From assembly GCA_965215885.1 (NCBI GenBank), contig CBDCEW010000104.1, positions 256,001-320,000 of the forward strand: 64,000 bases of DNA, given 5' to 3'. Position 1 is the stretch's first letter, and each line of letters starts with the position of its first letter. Both the position numbers and the translations under genes were made by a program. Below, piece by piece: positions 1 through 8,682 of the stretch. Under the pieces are notes generated by a model. That model had not been told where the DNA came from. It saw nothing but the letters and a program-made list of their open reading frames with translations, and did no database searches. The DNA is from Candidatus Moanibacter sp. GTDB lineage: Bacteria > Verrucomicrobiota > Verrucomicrobiia > Opitutales > UBA2987.

Positions 1-957
1 GAGGGTTTTATCGAAGAGCTCGGCCTTTACGTTTTGCAAGACCCGATAGAAGACATCATAGCAAGGGGCCTTATAGCGGCCTGTTTTGGGGTTTTTCCAG
101 GAGCGTAAGGCGCGCAATTGGGCTTGATTGAGATGATGGGCCAGGCGCACGATGCCCTTGAGGGTCTGTTTGCCGCACATCGTGCCGAGCACAATCATGC
201 TCAGGACCGTGGCGAGCCGATATCTAAGGCCCGCTTTACGACGGAAGTCTTCTATCTGATTGAAGCGTTCCCACAGGCTGCTCATCTGTTCCACTTTGAG
301 GCAGACCGCATGGGAGTTATCGGTTTCATTGAGCGCCTGGCTCTGTGCCGCGGGCAATGGCCCTGAAGCGCGCAAAAGCTCAAGGGCATTAGCCTTGAGG
401 GGTTTGACCCAGATCTGCTTGGGACGCTCATGGCGTTGATAGAAATCTTCGCGTTGGCGGCCATATCCCGCGCTCAAGCCCAAGGGCGTCCACCCGCTCG
501 CTTCGTAGCAAGTGCCCCGGTGAATCTGTGGGTCCACGAACGTTTCCGCTACTAAGGGACGATAGCCAAAAGCCTCCTGCCAGTGATCGGCTAAGACTCT
601 CAGGCACATACCCAACGTCTTGGAGGCCAAATTTGCAAGATCCACCCCGGGCAAAATCAGAAAACGCCGGTTCTGTACTACCAGTTTCAATCGTGCATGC
701 CGTTGCGCCCCGTCCCTCCCGATCCATTCGTCTCGATCCTTCAGCCGGTAGGATGCGGCCCCCCACAAGAGCAGGCCCATCCATTGCCCGTCGATCTGCG
801 CCACATAGCGCAGGGTCTCTCCTGCGCTGCCCGCACTGTGTAAATAATGATGTTGTTTCAATAGATCATTGAATCGCTCCTGCTCTTCGGGCAGGACCAG
901 ACGCAGAGTTAAACGATCTATCGAAGGATTCAGTTGGTAAGATTTTTTGTCTTTCAT
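1..957 (-). CDS. ISAs1-family transposase with N-terminal DUF4338 (DruA-like) domain; partial, runs off the window start
   Basis: Manual translation (not in the ORF track because no stop falls in the window): MKDKKSYQ...LLKQHHYL...GETLRYVA...LLLWGAASYRLKDRDEWIG...VVQNRRFLILPG...NLASKTL...DHWQEAFGYRPLVAETFVDPQIHRGTCYEASGWTPLG (DUF4338 motifs), then IEDFRRKAGLRYRLATVLSMIVLGTMCG (ISAs1 DDE-associated domain). Confidence 0.8.
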   Translation of the reverse strand, partial: MKDKKSYQLNPSIDRLTLRLVLPEEQERFNDLLKQHHYLHSAGSAGETLRYVAQIDGQWMGLLLWGAASYRLKDRDEWIGRDGAQRHARLKLVVQNRRFLILPGVDLANLASKTLGMCLRVLADHWQEAFGYRPLVAETFVDPQIHRGTCYEASGWTPLGLSAGYGRQREDFYQRHERPKQIWVKPLKANALELLRASGPLPAAQSQALNETDNSHAVCLKVEQMSSLWERFNQIEDFRRKAGLRYRLATVLSMIVLGTMCGKQTLKGIVRLAHHLNQAQLRALRSWKNPKTGRYKAPCYDVFYRVLQNVKAELFDKTL

Positions 958-1052
958 CCCATCTTAACATGACTGATTCCCTCGGGTTTGTTTAGCTCTT
1001 TTTTTATCTTCTTGCTTATCAGCTAGTTGCTTCCTGGAATCCTTTTACCCTG
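1..1052 (-). mobile_element. ISAs1-family IS, left end (partial)
   Basis: The minus strand starts CAGGGTAAAAGG at 1052, an ISAs1-like terminus upstream of the transposase. The other end lies outside the window. Confidence 0.55.
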
Positions 1053-1146
1053 CACACCAAAGGTAATCGTGATGTTGCTACTTGCTAAATCGTCCCTAAT
1101 CCCCAATGATGAAGCGTGTCGGAAAAGCGGTGAATGAGGCAGAGGT

Positions 1147-1842
1147 ATGAGACTACAGGAATATCAAGATAAAGACCCAGAGAAGAGTGGAAAGGGCAAG
1201 TACATTGCCTTGGGTTGTCTCTTCGCTAGTGTGCTACTGATAGTCGGTGGATTTTTCGCTTATCGCGGCATCATGAAGGTAGTGACTGACCTAGCTGAAG
1301 AATACACAGACTTACAACCGCGCACCTTGCCGCAGGTGCAAGTTTCGGAATCGGAGGCCGAGGCAACTGTTGCGCGCGTGGATGAGTTCGAGGAAGCTGT
1401 GGAAGTGGGGAATGCTACGCAACCATTCTATCTCACCAGCGAAGAGATTAACCAGCTCATTTACCACCATCCACGCTGGAATGCTCTTGCGGGCATGGTT
1501 TATGTAACGATCGAGGACGACCGAGTGAAAGGTGAAGTCAGCATTCCCCTGGACGAAGTCAGCATTCCTCTGGGCGAAGTCGGCGAGTTCGTGAAGGACC
1601 GTTACTTAAACGGTTCCGCCGTATTCAACATTATTCTGACTGGTGGGCGTCTTCTAATTTTCGTGGAATCGGTGGAGGTTAAAGGAAAACCGCTGCCGGA
1701 GGAACTCATGCAGCACTTGCGTTCCGAGAATCTGGCCAAGGAAGTCGAGAATGACGAGGATCTGAGAGCGTTCATTGAGAAGCTGGAATCCATTACGGTA
1801 GAAGACGGTAGACTGCGCATTGTGCCAAAGGAGTCATTGTAA
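1147..1842 (+). CDS. Hypothetical membrane-anchored protein
   Basis: 231 aa ORF with a GAGG RBS, one N-terminal TM helix (YIALGCLFASVLLIVGGFFAY) and an acidic beta-rich remainder. Confidence 0.75.
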   Translation: MRLQEYQDKDPEKSGKGKYIALGCLFASVLLIVGGFFAYRGIMKVVTDLAEEYTDLQPRTLPQVQVSESEAEATVARVDEFEEAVEVGNATQPFYLTSEEINQLIYHHPRWNALAGMVYVTIEDDRVKGEVSIPLDEVSIPLGEVGEFVKDRYLNGSAVFNIILTGGRLLIFVESVEVKGKPLPEELMQHLRSENLAKEVENDEDLRAFIEKLESITVEDGRLRIVPKESL

Positions 1843-2143
1843 GGAGCAAATCAGGGGGGATGGGACTTGCCCGCGAAAGACGCGAAATAGCGCGAGCCGC
1901 CTTCGCCCTACGGGCTATGGCGCGCCAAGAAGGGGGAGGTACGGCAACGGATAGAAGGAGAGCAACGGATGGGGAGAATTTCAGGTCAGCGGGCTCCCGG
2001 CGAGTGATCGTCTACCGGATCAAACAAGTGCCAAAAATTAGGACAAGGGCAGGACGAAATGCTCCCGCATTCCGATGGTGTTGCCACTGAATTGAGCTAT
2101 TGTGGACCGACCCAAACCCGCTCTGCCGTACGGCAGAGAAGTC

Positions 2144-3592
2144 TCAGTTTTCAGATGCCTCGCTGACTTGCTGGTGGCACGCGATGTCGGGTTTCTTTTT
2201 CCACACTTCGGTAGCCTCTTCGAATGCCTGCGCTAACTGCAGGACGCCGAAGTCGTCCTGATGCCGGCCCACAATCTGGATCCCCACTGGCAATCCCTCG
2301 GCCGTAAATCCACATGGAACCGAGATAGCGGGGTGACCCGTCACGGAAATGTAATAACAGGACTTCATCCAATCGACGTAAGTTTCCATTTTCACGCCAT
2401 TGATCTCCTCGACGTAGCGTTGCTTGACATCGAATGGGGGCACCTGACTGACGGGGAGAACAAGAAATTCGTAGTCCTCCATAAAGATACGGACACGATG
2501 GTATAATTCGGTTCGCTTTTGCTCGGCCCGGGCAATCTCAGGTCCGGTCAGCTTCATGCCGGCTTCAACGTTCCAGATGACAGTGTCCTTAATTTGATCG
2601 CGATGAGTTTCAAGCAGAGCGCCGTAGTTGAGCTCGAATCGCCAGGCGCGCCACACCTTGAAGGCTTCGTCCGCGCCGGTGAAATCCGGCTCGGCACTTT
2701 CGACATTGCATCCCAGTTCCTCAAACACCGTGAGACGGTGGTCGAGAATCGCAGTTACACGGGGATCTACGGGAAGGCCGCCGAGATCGCGACTCCAGGC
2801 GATTCGGACGTCTTTGAAATCGCGCTCAAGTGGCAGCCGAAAATCCTCACCGGGCTCTGCGATTGCGATTGGAGAACGAGGATCGGGTCCGGCAATGGCG
2901 CTGAGCATGAGGGCGGCGTCTTCGACGGTGCGAGCCATAGGACCTTGAACAGGCAGGGGGTACCAGCCGGCGATATTCGGCCACGCGGGTACCCGGCCGG
3001 GAGATGTGCGGAAGCCAACGATATTGCAGTAGTTGGCCGGATTGCGGAGGGAACCACCGAGGTCGCTGCCGTCGGCGATCGGTACCATCCCGCAGGCGAG
3101 TGCGACAGCCGCGCCGCCACTGCTTCCACCGCAGGTCCTGGTGAGGTCGTAGGGATTGAGAGTCTCGCCAAATACTTCGTTGAAGGTTTGTGAACCCGCA
3201 CCGAATTCCGGCGTATTCGTCTTGCCTACCGTGATGGCGCCGGCCTGTTTGAGGCGCTCGACGATCAGGGCGTCGTGATCCGGGATAATGTCGGAGTATA
3301 TGGGAGACCCGAAGGTGGTGCGAATGTCCTTTGTCTCCACGAGGTCCTTGTGCGCAACGGGAAGGCCGTGAAGCGGCCCTATGGGCTCGCCGCGAGTAAT
3401 CGCAACATCTCTGGCAGTCGCCTCCTCTAGTGCCTTATCCGCAACGAGAGTGACAATAGCGTTGACCTTGGGATTGACTCGGTCGATCTGCGTGAGATGC
3501 GCCTCTATCACCTCCCTGACACTTAGCCTTTTATGCCGGATATGATCGGAGAGTTCGGTGGCAGTGAGGAAACAGAGTTCAGTGTTGGTCAT
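2144..3592 (-). CDS. Amidase (amidase-signature family)
   Basis: [29 protein letters not shown] and [12 protein letters not shown] (Ser-cisSer-Lys triad motifs). Confidence 0.93.
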   Translation of the reverse strand: MTNTELCFLTATELSDHIRHKRLSVREVIEAHLTQIDRVNPKVNAIVTLVADKALEEATARDVAITRGEPIGPLHGLPVAHKDLVETKDIRTTFGSPIYSDIIPDHDALIVERLKQAGAITVGKTNTPEFGAGSQTFNEVFGETLNPYDLTRTCGGSSGGAAVALACGMVPIADGSDLGGSLRNPANYCNIVGFRTSPGRVPAWPNIAGWYPLPVQGPMARTVEDAALMLSAIAGPDPRSPIAIAEPGEDFRLPLERDFKDVRIAWSRDLGGLPVDPRVTAILDHRLTVFEELGCNVESAEPDFTGADEAFKVWRAWRFELNYGALLETHRDQIKDTVIWNVEAGMKLTGPEIARAEQKRTELYHRVRIFMEDYEFLVLPVSQVPPFDVKQRYVEEINGVKMETYVDWMKSCYYISVTGHPAISVPCGFTAEGLPVGIQIVGRHQDDFGVLQLAQAFEEATEVWKKKPDIACHQQVSEASEN

Positions 3593-3765
3593 TGCTTCGA
3601 ATTTTCGTGAAAAAGCGATTCAGGTTCCTACAGTCAGAGTCTCGGAGGGAAGGTCTCCTTGTTCAGAATATGTCCGACCGCAAAATCACGGATGATGGTT
3701 CTGTCGCTAAGAGCCTGTTGGCAAAAGTCGACTGGTTCTCAGCCTAAATTTCTGAGAGATGCGCG

Positions 3766-5289
3766 TTAGCAGTTGTCCAACGTCCTGAGTTCCCGGCGCA
3801 TGACCTTTCCGGTGCTTGTCTTGGGCAAGTCATCGACGAATTGAATCGCGCGTGGAACTTTGTATGCCGCCAGGTGCTCCCGGCAATGTGCGAGGATAGC
3901 ATCGGAGTCTGGTTGAGTATTTTTTCTCGAAACGATGTAGGCTTTCGCCAGTTCGCCTTTCTCCTCGTCCGGAATACTTCCGACCGCTACCATCGCTACC
4001 GTTGAATGGCTCGCGATGACTCGTTCGATCTCGGCGGGGTAGATGTTGTAGCCAGCCGTGAGGATCATGTCCTTTTTGCGATCAACGATATAAACGCAGC
4101 CGTCTTCATCCATCGACGCCAGATCGCCTGAATGGAGCCACCCATCCGGTTCGATCGCTTCTCGTGTGGCTTCCTCGTTGCCGTAATAACCAAGCATTCG
4201 GAGCGGCCCGCGTACCATCAGTTCACCGACTTGCCCTGTCGACAGCGTCTTGGAAGGATCATCGTGAGCAGCAATACGAATTTCAGTGAAAGGTAGAGCG
4301 ATTCCGATCGAGCCATGTTTATTCGGGCCATAAAGGGGGAAGGTGGTTCCAAGCCCTGCGATCTCAGTCATACCCCAAAGCTCGATAAGAGGGCAACCGA
4401 AGCGTTCTTCCACCTCTTCCATCTTCGCAACAGGCATGGTCTGGCCGCCGACCGTGCATCGGGTAAGGCTGGAGAGATCGTAGCGGTCCAAATCAGGTGT
4501 GTTGAGAAGGTACATGTACATTGTTGGAACTCCTTCGAACATGGTTGCTCGGTGTGCCTGAATACTTTCCAGGATATCTTTTTCCACAAAACGTGGATGG
4601 AGCACGAGTGTCATACCGGTTAAGAATGCTCCGTTCATTATCACGTTTCCGTAGACATGGGCGCAGGGTAGGGCGCTCACGACCGTGTCGGCAGATGTGC
4701 GAATGTGCATTTGGGCGGTCATCGCAGAATTGAGGAGAACACTCTCGTGTTTGAGCATGCCGCCTTTGGGATGGCCCGTTGTTCCGGAAGTATATCCGAT
4801 TGTGGAGAGAGAGTCCGGGGGCACCTCGGCGATCTCGATGCCCGGTTTGTTTTCCGCAATCAGGTCGCTGAGGGCTCGAGCGCCTTCGGGAATCCGATCT
4901 CCGAAAAGAATAATCGCAGATACGTTGGATTTTTCCCGAATTCCGATGAGATCGCCTCCTTTATCCTGGGAGGCGATAATTGCCTTGGCGCCGCAATCAT
5001 TGACGACGAACTCTACCTCCGCGGGAGTGAGCATCACGTTGACGGGATTGATGACCGCCCCGATCTTCAGCACGGCGTAGTAGCTGACAATCCATTCCCA
5101 GCAATTGCCCGAGTAGAGGGTGACGCGGTCGCCCCGTCCAACACCGGCTCCGGAAAGTCCAGCCGCGGCCCGGTCCGACAGATCGTTGAGTTCCCTGAAT
5201 GAGAATTCCCGACCTTCGCAGACGAGGGCGCACTTATCGCCGAAACGATTCGCCGCCTGCGGTAGAATCTGGCCTAAGGAATCAAGCAT
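3766..5289 (-). CDS. AMP-binding acyl-CoA synthetase / long-chain-fatty-acid-CoA ligase family
   Basis: YTSGTTGHPKG, WGMTE, GWLHSGD, DRKKDMI and LPKTSTGK motifs. Confidence 0.92.
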   Translation of the reverse strand: MLDSLGQILPQAANRFGDKCALVCEGREFSFRELNDLSDRAAAGLSGAGVGRGDRVTLYSGNCWEWIVSYYAVLKIGAVINPVNVMLTPAEVEFVVNDCGAKAIIASQDKGGDLIGIREKSNVSAIILFGDRIPEGARALSDLIAENKPGIEIAEVPPDSLSTIGYTSGTTGHPKGGMLKHESVLLNSAMTAQMHIRTSADTVVSALPCAHVYGNVIMNGAFLTGMTLVLHPRFVEKDILESIQAHRATMFEGVPTMYMYLLNTPDLDRYDLSSLTRCTVGGQTMPVAKMEEVEERFGCPLIELWGMTEIAGLGTTFPLYGPNKHGSIGIALPFTEIRIAAHDDPSKTLSTGQVGELMVRGPLRMLGYYGNEEATREAIEPDGWLHSGDLASMDEDGCVYIVDRKKDMILTAGYNIYPAEIERVIASHSTVAMVAVGSIPDEEKGELAKAYIVSRKNTQPDSDAILAHCREHLAAYKVPRAIQFVDDLPKTSTGKVMRRELRTLDNC

Positions 5290-5354
5290 GATTAGAAAGG
5301 TTCAGCATGAGTTGCTCCATTCCGGAGCACAAGACTTTGCTAATTATTCCGATT

Positions 5355-6673
5355 CACTACTGTCCGGTTGTTTTTCTAGGAACGCAGGTTAATCGATTGA
5401 TAACCAACATTTTACATATGATTTCTGCTGTTTTCGACTTGAAATTGCAAAAAGCCTTGTGGACTCTCAAAAATTTCGAGGGTCCAAATCATGTATACAG
5501 GTCGATTCGTTTTTTCTCAAATCATAGATTATCTTCCGCGCCATCAGTTCCATCGTTGCGTCCAACGCTACGGAGGCGACTACAAAGTTCAAAAGTTCAG
5601 TTGCTTCGAACAATTTCTCTGCATGGGTTTTGCCGAGTTGACCTACCGGGAGAGTCTGCGCGACATCGAAACCTGCCTGCGGGCAGTACAACCAAAACTA
5701 TACCACGCAGGGATTCGAAGCGGAGTATCCAAAAGCACGCTCGCCGATGCCAACGAGAAACGAGACTGGCGCATCTACGCCGACTTTGCACAGGTCCTCA
5801 TCGCAATGGCTCGTCCTTTGTATTCAAACGAGGATCTGGGCATCGACCTGGACAATACGCTCTACGCTCTGGACTCCACCACGATCGATCTATGTCTATC
5901 ACTCTTCCCGTGGGCACGTTTCCGCAAGCACAAGGGGGCGGTGAAGGTCCATACGCTTCTCGATCTCAGAGGCTCTATCCCTTATTTTATCGAGATTACC
6001 GATGGAAAAGTTCACGACGTAAACATTCTGGATCTCATCATCCCCGAGGCCGGTGCTTACTATGTAATGGACCGAGCCTATCTGCATTACGAGCGCCTCT
6101 ATCGGATCGCACAATGCGGTTCTTTCTTCGTCACACGCGCCCGCCGCGGCTTTCAGTTTCGCCGCCTCTACTCTCAAAAGGTCGACAAATCAACCGGTCT
6201 GCGTTCGGACCAGACCGTTGCCCTGGTCAGCTTCTATCCTGCCAAGGCCTACCCCGAAAGACTCCGGCGTATCACTTACCTCGACCCCGACAGTTCCGAG
6301 CGCTTCGTGTTTCTCACCAACCAGTTTGCCCTCCCAGCCATAATCATCACCCAGATTTACCGTTTACGCTGGCAGATCGAATTGTTCTTCAAATGGATCA
6401 AACAGCACTTGCGCATCAAGAGCTTTTTCGGCACCTCCGAGAATGCTGTGAAGACTCAAATCTGGATTGCCGTCAGCGTCTATGTGCTCATCGCCATCAT
6501 CCGCAAACGCCTTCGCCTGGAGATCAGTTTGCACAAAATCCTACAGATTCTCAGCTTCACCCTATTTGAGAAAACTCCTATGACTGAACTACTTACAGAA
6601 ACCGATTACACTTTCAATGAACACCGCATTCCTAAACAGTTGGAGTTGTTTGACTTATAACCGGACAGTACTG
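5355..6673 (+). mobile_element. IS4-family insertion sequence, complete
   Basis: 15-bp terminal IRs CACTACTGTCCGGTT (from 5355) and AACCGGACAGTACTG (to 6673), one mismatch. 9-bp target duplication ATTCCGATT at 5346-5354 and 6674-6682. Confidence 0.93.
5491..6660 (+). CDS. IS4-family DDE transposase (DUF4372 N-terminus)
   Basis: MYTGRFVFSQ...RESLRDIE, LDSTTIDL, VMDRAY, YRLRWQIELFFKWIKQHLRIK. Confidence 0.95.
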   Translation: MYTGRFVFSQIIDYLPRHQFHRCVQRYGGDYKVQKFSCFEQFLCMGFAELTYRESLRDIETCLRAVQPKLYHAGIRSGVSKSTLADANEKRDWRIYADFAQVLIAMARPLYSNEDLGIDLDNTLYALDSTTIDLCLSLFPWARFRKHKGAVKVHTLLDLRGSIPYFIEITDGKVHDVNILDLIIPEAGAYYVMDRAYLHYERLYRIAQCGSFFVTRARRGFQFRRLYSQKVDKSTGLRSDQTVALVSFYPAKAYPERLRRITYLDPDSSERFVFLTNQFALPAIIITQIYRLRWQIELFFKWIKQHLRIKSFFGTSENAVKTQIWIAVSVYVLIAIIRKRLRLEISLHKILQILSFTLFEKTPMTELLTETDYTFNEHRIPKQLELFDL

Positions 6674-6842
6674 ATTCCGATTAATAAATCCGGTGAAGGT
6701 TCCCGAGACTATTTCGCATACTGGGGTAGCAGGATCGCCTGTGGTGAGCAACGTCGAACCGCTGCGCGATTCGGTCCGATTGGGAATAGAAATTGGGGAA
6801 TAATCGATTCTGCTGAAAAAGTCGTCTTTCCGGAATCCGCGA

Positions 6843-6915
6843 CCACGTTCTTGCGAACGCGGCTACTGTGCTCCGTAAGTTGTTGATATGTGTAGCCGCG
6901 TTCGCAAGAACGTGG
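6843..6915. repeat. REPIN-like inverted pair of GTAG-type REP sequences
   Basis: CCACGTTCTTGCGAACGCGGCTAC (6843-6866) and its perfect reverse complement GTAGCCGCGTTCGCAAGAACGTGG (6892-6915), 25-bp spacer. Confidence 0.75.
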
Positions 6916-7069
6916 GAGTTCTTCAGCTGAATCATAATTGAGAATTGACCCTCTGGATTCGGTATACCGAATCGCGCGGCGATCCGGCTACGGAATTAAG
7001 ATCGTAGTCAAGTAACACTCCGAAGTTGGAACATTGAAATCGCTAAGCAAATCGTAATTAAATGGACCA

Positions 7070-8629
7070 TTGTCAGGAGAAAAGTCGGTGATTACCGGTA
7101 ACACACTTATCGAACTCGGTTGGCGGCCGGGCCCGGAATTGGGTCGGGCCCTGGCACGTGGAAGGATACTATTGTCCGAGGGAAATTCGCTGAAGGAGAC
7201 TCTTGCTTTACTTGAAGCGGGATACCCGAAAAGGCCGCCGCAAAGACAGACAATGCTCTCAAGGCCGGTACCCTGGAGTGAGGCGATTGCAGCGGAGTCA
7301 TCCGAGGATGAGGAAAATATCGATAAGATCCGAAAAAAGATGGATGAGCTTATGCGTACTCCGGTCATCAAAAAGGGTGCCGTAATGCCGGACGCTTGTC
7401 CCGCGGGAATGGCGCATGCCACAATCCCGGTCGGAGGCGCCATCGTTTCGGAAGGTATTCATCCCGGTGTTCACTCGGCCGACATCTGTTGTTCGATGTC
7501 GGTTACGCTTTTTCTGTCTAAGAAGGAGACGGGGGAATTGCTTGATGCCTTGATGCAATCAACGCGGTTTGGTCCGGGAGGGCGCCCCCAAGGGGATCGG
7601 GTCGCGCATCCCGTCCTAAAAGAGCAAGTTTGGTCAAACAGGTTTTTGAAAGACTTCGAGCATCTTGCGGAGATTCATATGGCGGATCAGGGCGATGGAA
7701 ATCACTTCGCCTTTATTGGCGAGTTGGAACTCTCATCGAATGAAGTTGAATTGCTGCGGCGAAATGGCTATGGCCATCTGGCAAGCTCTTTGGAGACGGT
7801 TGAGATGGCGTGTAAGGCTCTGGTTACCCATCACGGATCCAGGGGATTAGGGGCGCGCGTTTATAAACGGGGAATGGATGCAGCCATCAAGCAAACGGAA
7901 TTGAGTTGTGCGGGAGTTCCAAAAGCCGCCGCGTGGTTGGATCCTTCAACACCGGAAGGGATGGAATATTGGGAAGCGTTGCAATATGTGGGCCGATGGA
8001 CAGAGGCAAACCACCGGTCAATTCACGAGCGTTTTCTAAGTCGGAGTGGGGTTGGGTTTCTAGCGGAATTCGGCAATGAACATAATTTCGTCTGGAAACG
8101 CGACGATGGATATTATCATGGGAAAGGTGCGACACCTTCGTGGAAAGACCAGAAAGGGCGGCCGCTAATCGGCGCCATTCCAATGAACATGGGTTCCTCG
8201 ATCCTGCTTGTCCTGGGGAGCGATAACGATGATTTTTGCTCATTCGCTCCCCACGGTGCGGGTAGAAATGTCTCTCGCAGGCAGGTTACCAGGCGATTCG
8301 AGGACGAGGAAGGCAGACTTTTGCCCGGAAAGGTTCAAGCGGTTTTAGAGGACACAACGAAAGGGCTGGATATCCGCTGGTTCACCGGCAAACCGGATAT
8401 CAGTGAGGCGCCGATCGCCTATAAGAGTGCGGAGCAGGTGCGAAATCAGATTGAAAGGTTTAACCTCGCCACGATCTTTGGCGAAATTAAACCCTTGGGT
8501 TGCATTATGGCCGGCGATCCCGGCGAGCCTTTCTGGATGAAAAAGAGACGAGAAAAGAAGCTCCGACATCGAAGGGATCGGAAGGCGGCAAGACGTGCCA
8601 TAAGGGGAGGGGACTGGGAAGAGCTGTGA
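7070..8629 (+). CDS. rtcB: RtcB-family RNA 3'-phosphate/5'-OH ligase
   Basis: MPDACP..IPVGG, SADICCSM, GDGNHF, HHGSRG, HNF, HGKGATP, HGAGR and EAPIAYK motifs. TTG start uncertain. Confidence 0.88.
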   Translation: MSGEKSVITGNTLIELGWRPGPELGRALARGRILLSEGNSLKETLALLEAGYPKRPPQRQTMLSRPVPWSEAIAAESSEDEENIDKIRKKMDELMRTPVIKKGAVMPDACPAGMAHATIPVGGAIVSEGIHPGVHSADICCSMSVTLFLSKKETGELLDALMQSTRFGPGGRPQGDRVAHPVLKEQVWSNRFLKDFEHLAEIHMADQGDGNHFAFIGELELSSNEVELLRRNGYGHLASSLETVEMACKALVTHHGSRGLGARVYKRGMDAAIKQTELSCAGVPKAAAWLDPSTPEGMEYWEALQYVGRWTEANHRSIHERFLSRSGVGFLAEFGNEHNFVWKRDDGYYHGKGATPSWKDQKGRPLIGAIPMNMGSSILLVLGSDNDDFCSFAPHGAGRNVSRRQVTRRFEDEEGRLLPGKVQAVLEDTTKGLDIRWFTGKPDISEAPIAYKSAEQVRNQIERFNLATIFGEIKPLGCIMAGDPGEPFWMKKRREKKLRHRRDRKAARRAIRGGDWEEL

Positions 8630-8682
8630 ATTGGTAACGGGGCGGCCTCCCGTTCCGACAGATGCCGGTTCGCGCAGGCGGT

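Noticed and set aside
118..872. Short ORF-track calls at the window start
   Set aside because: They overlap the long open minus-strand DUF4338-transposase frame.
1..957. Druantia anti-phage system
   Set aside because: The DUF4338 domain is fused to a transposase inside an IS, and no other dru genes are in the window.
5307..6569. 420-aa ORF overlapping the IS4 transposase
   Set aside because: Alternative frame of the transposase gene; Arg/Ser/Pro-rich with no recognisable motifs.
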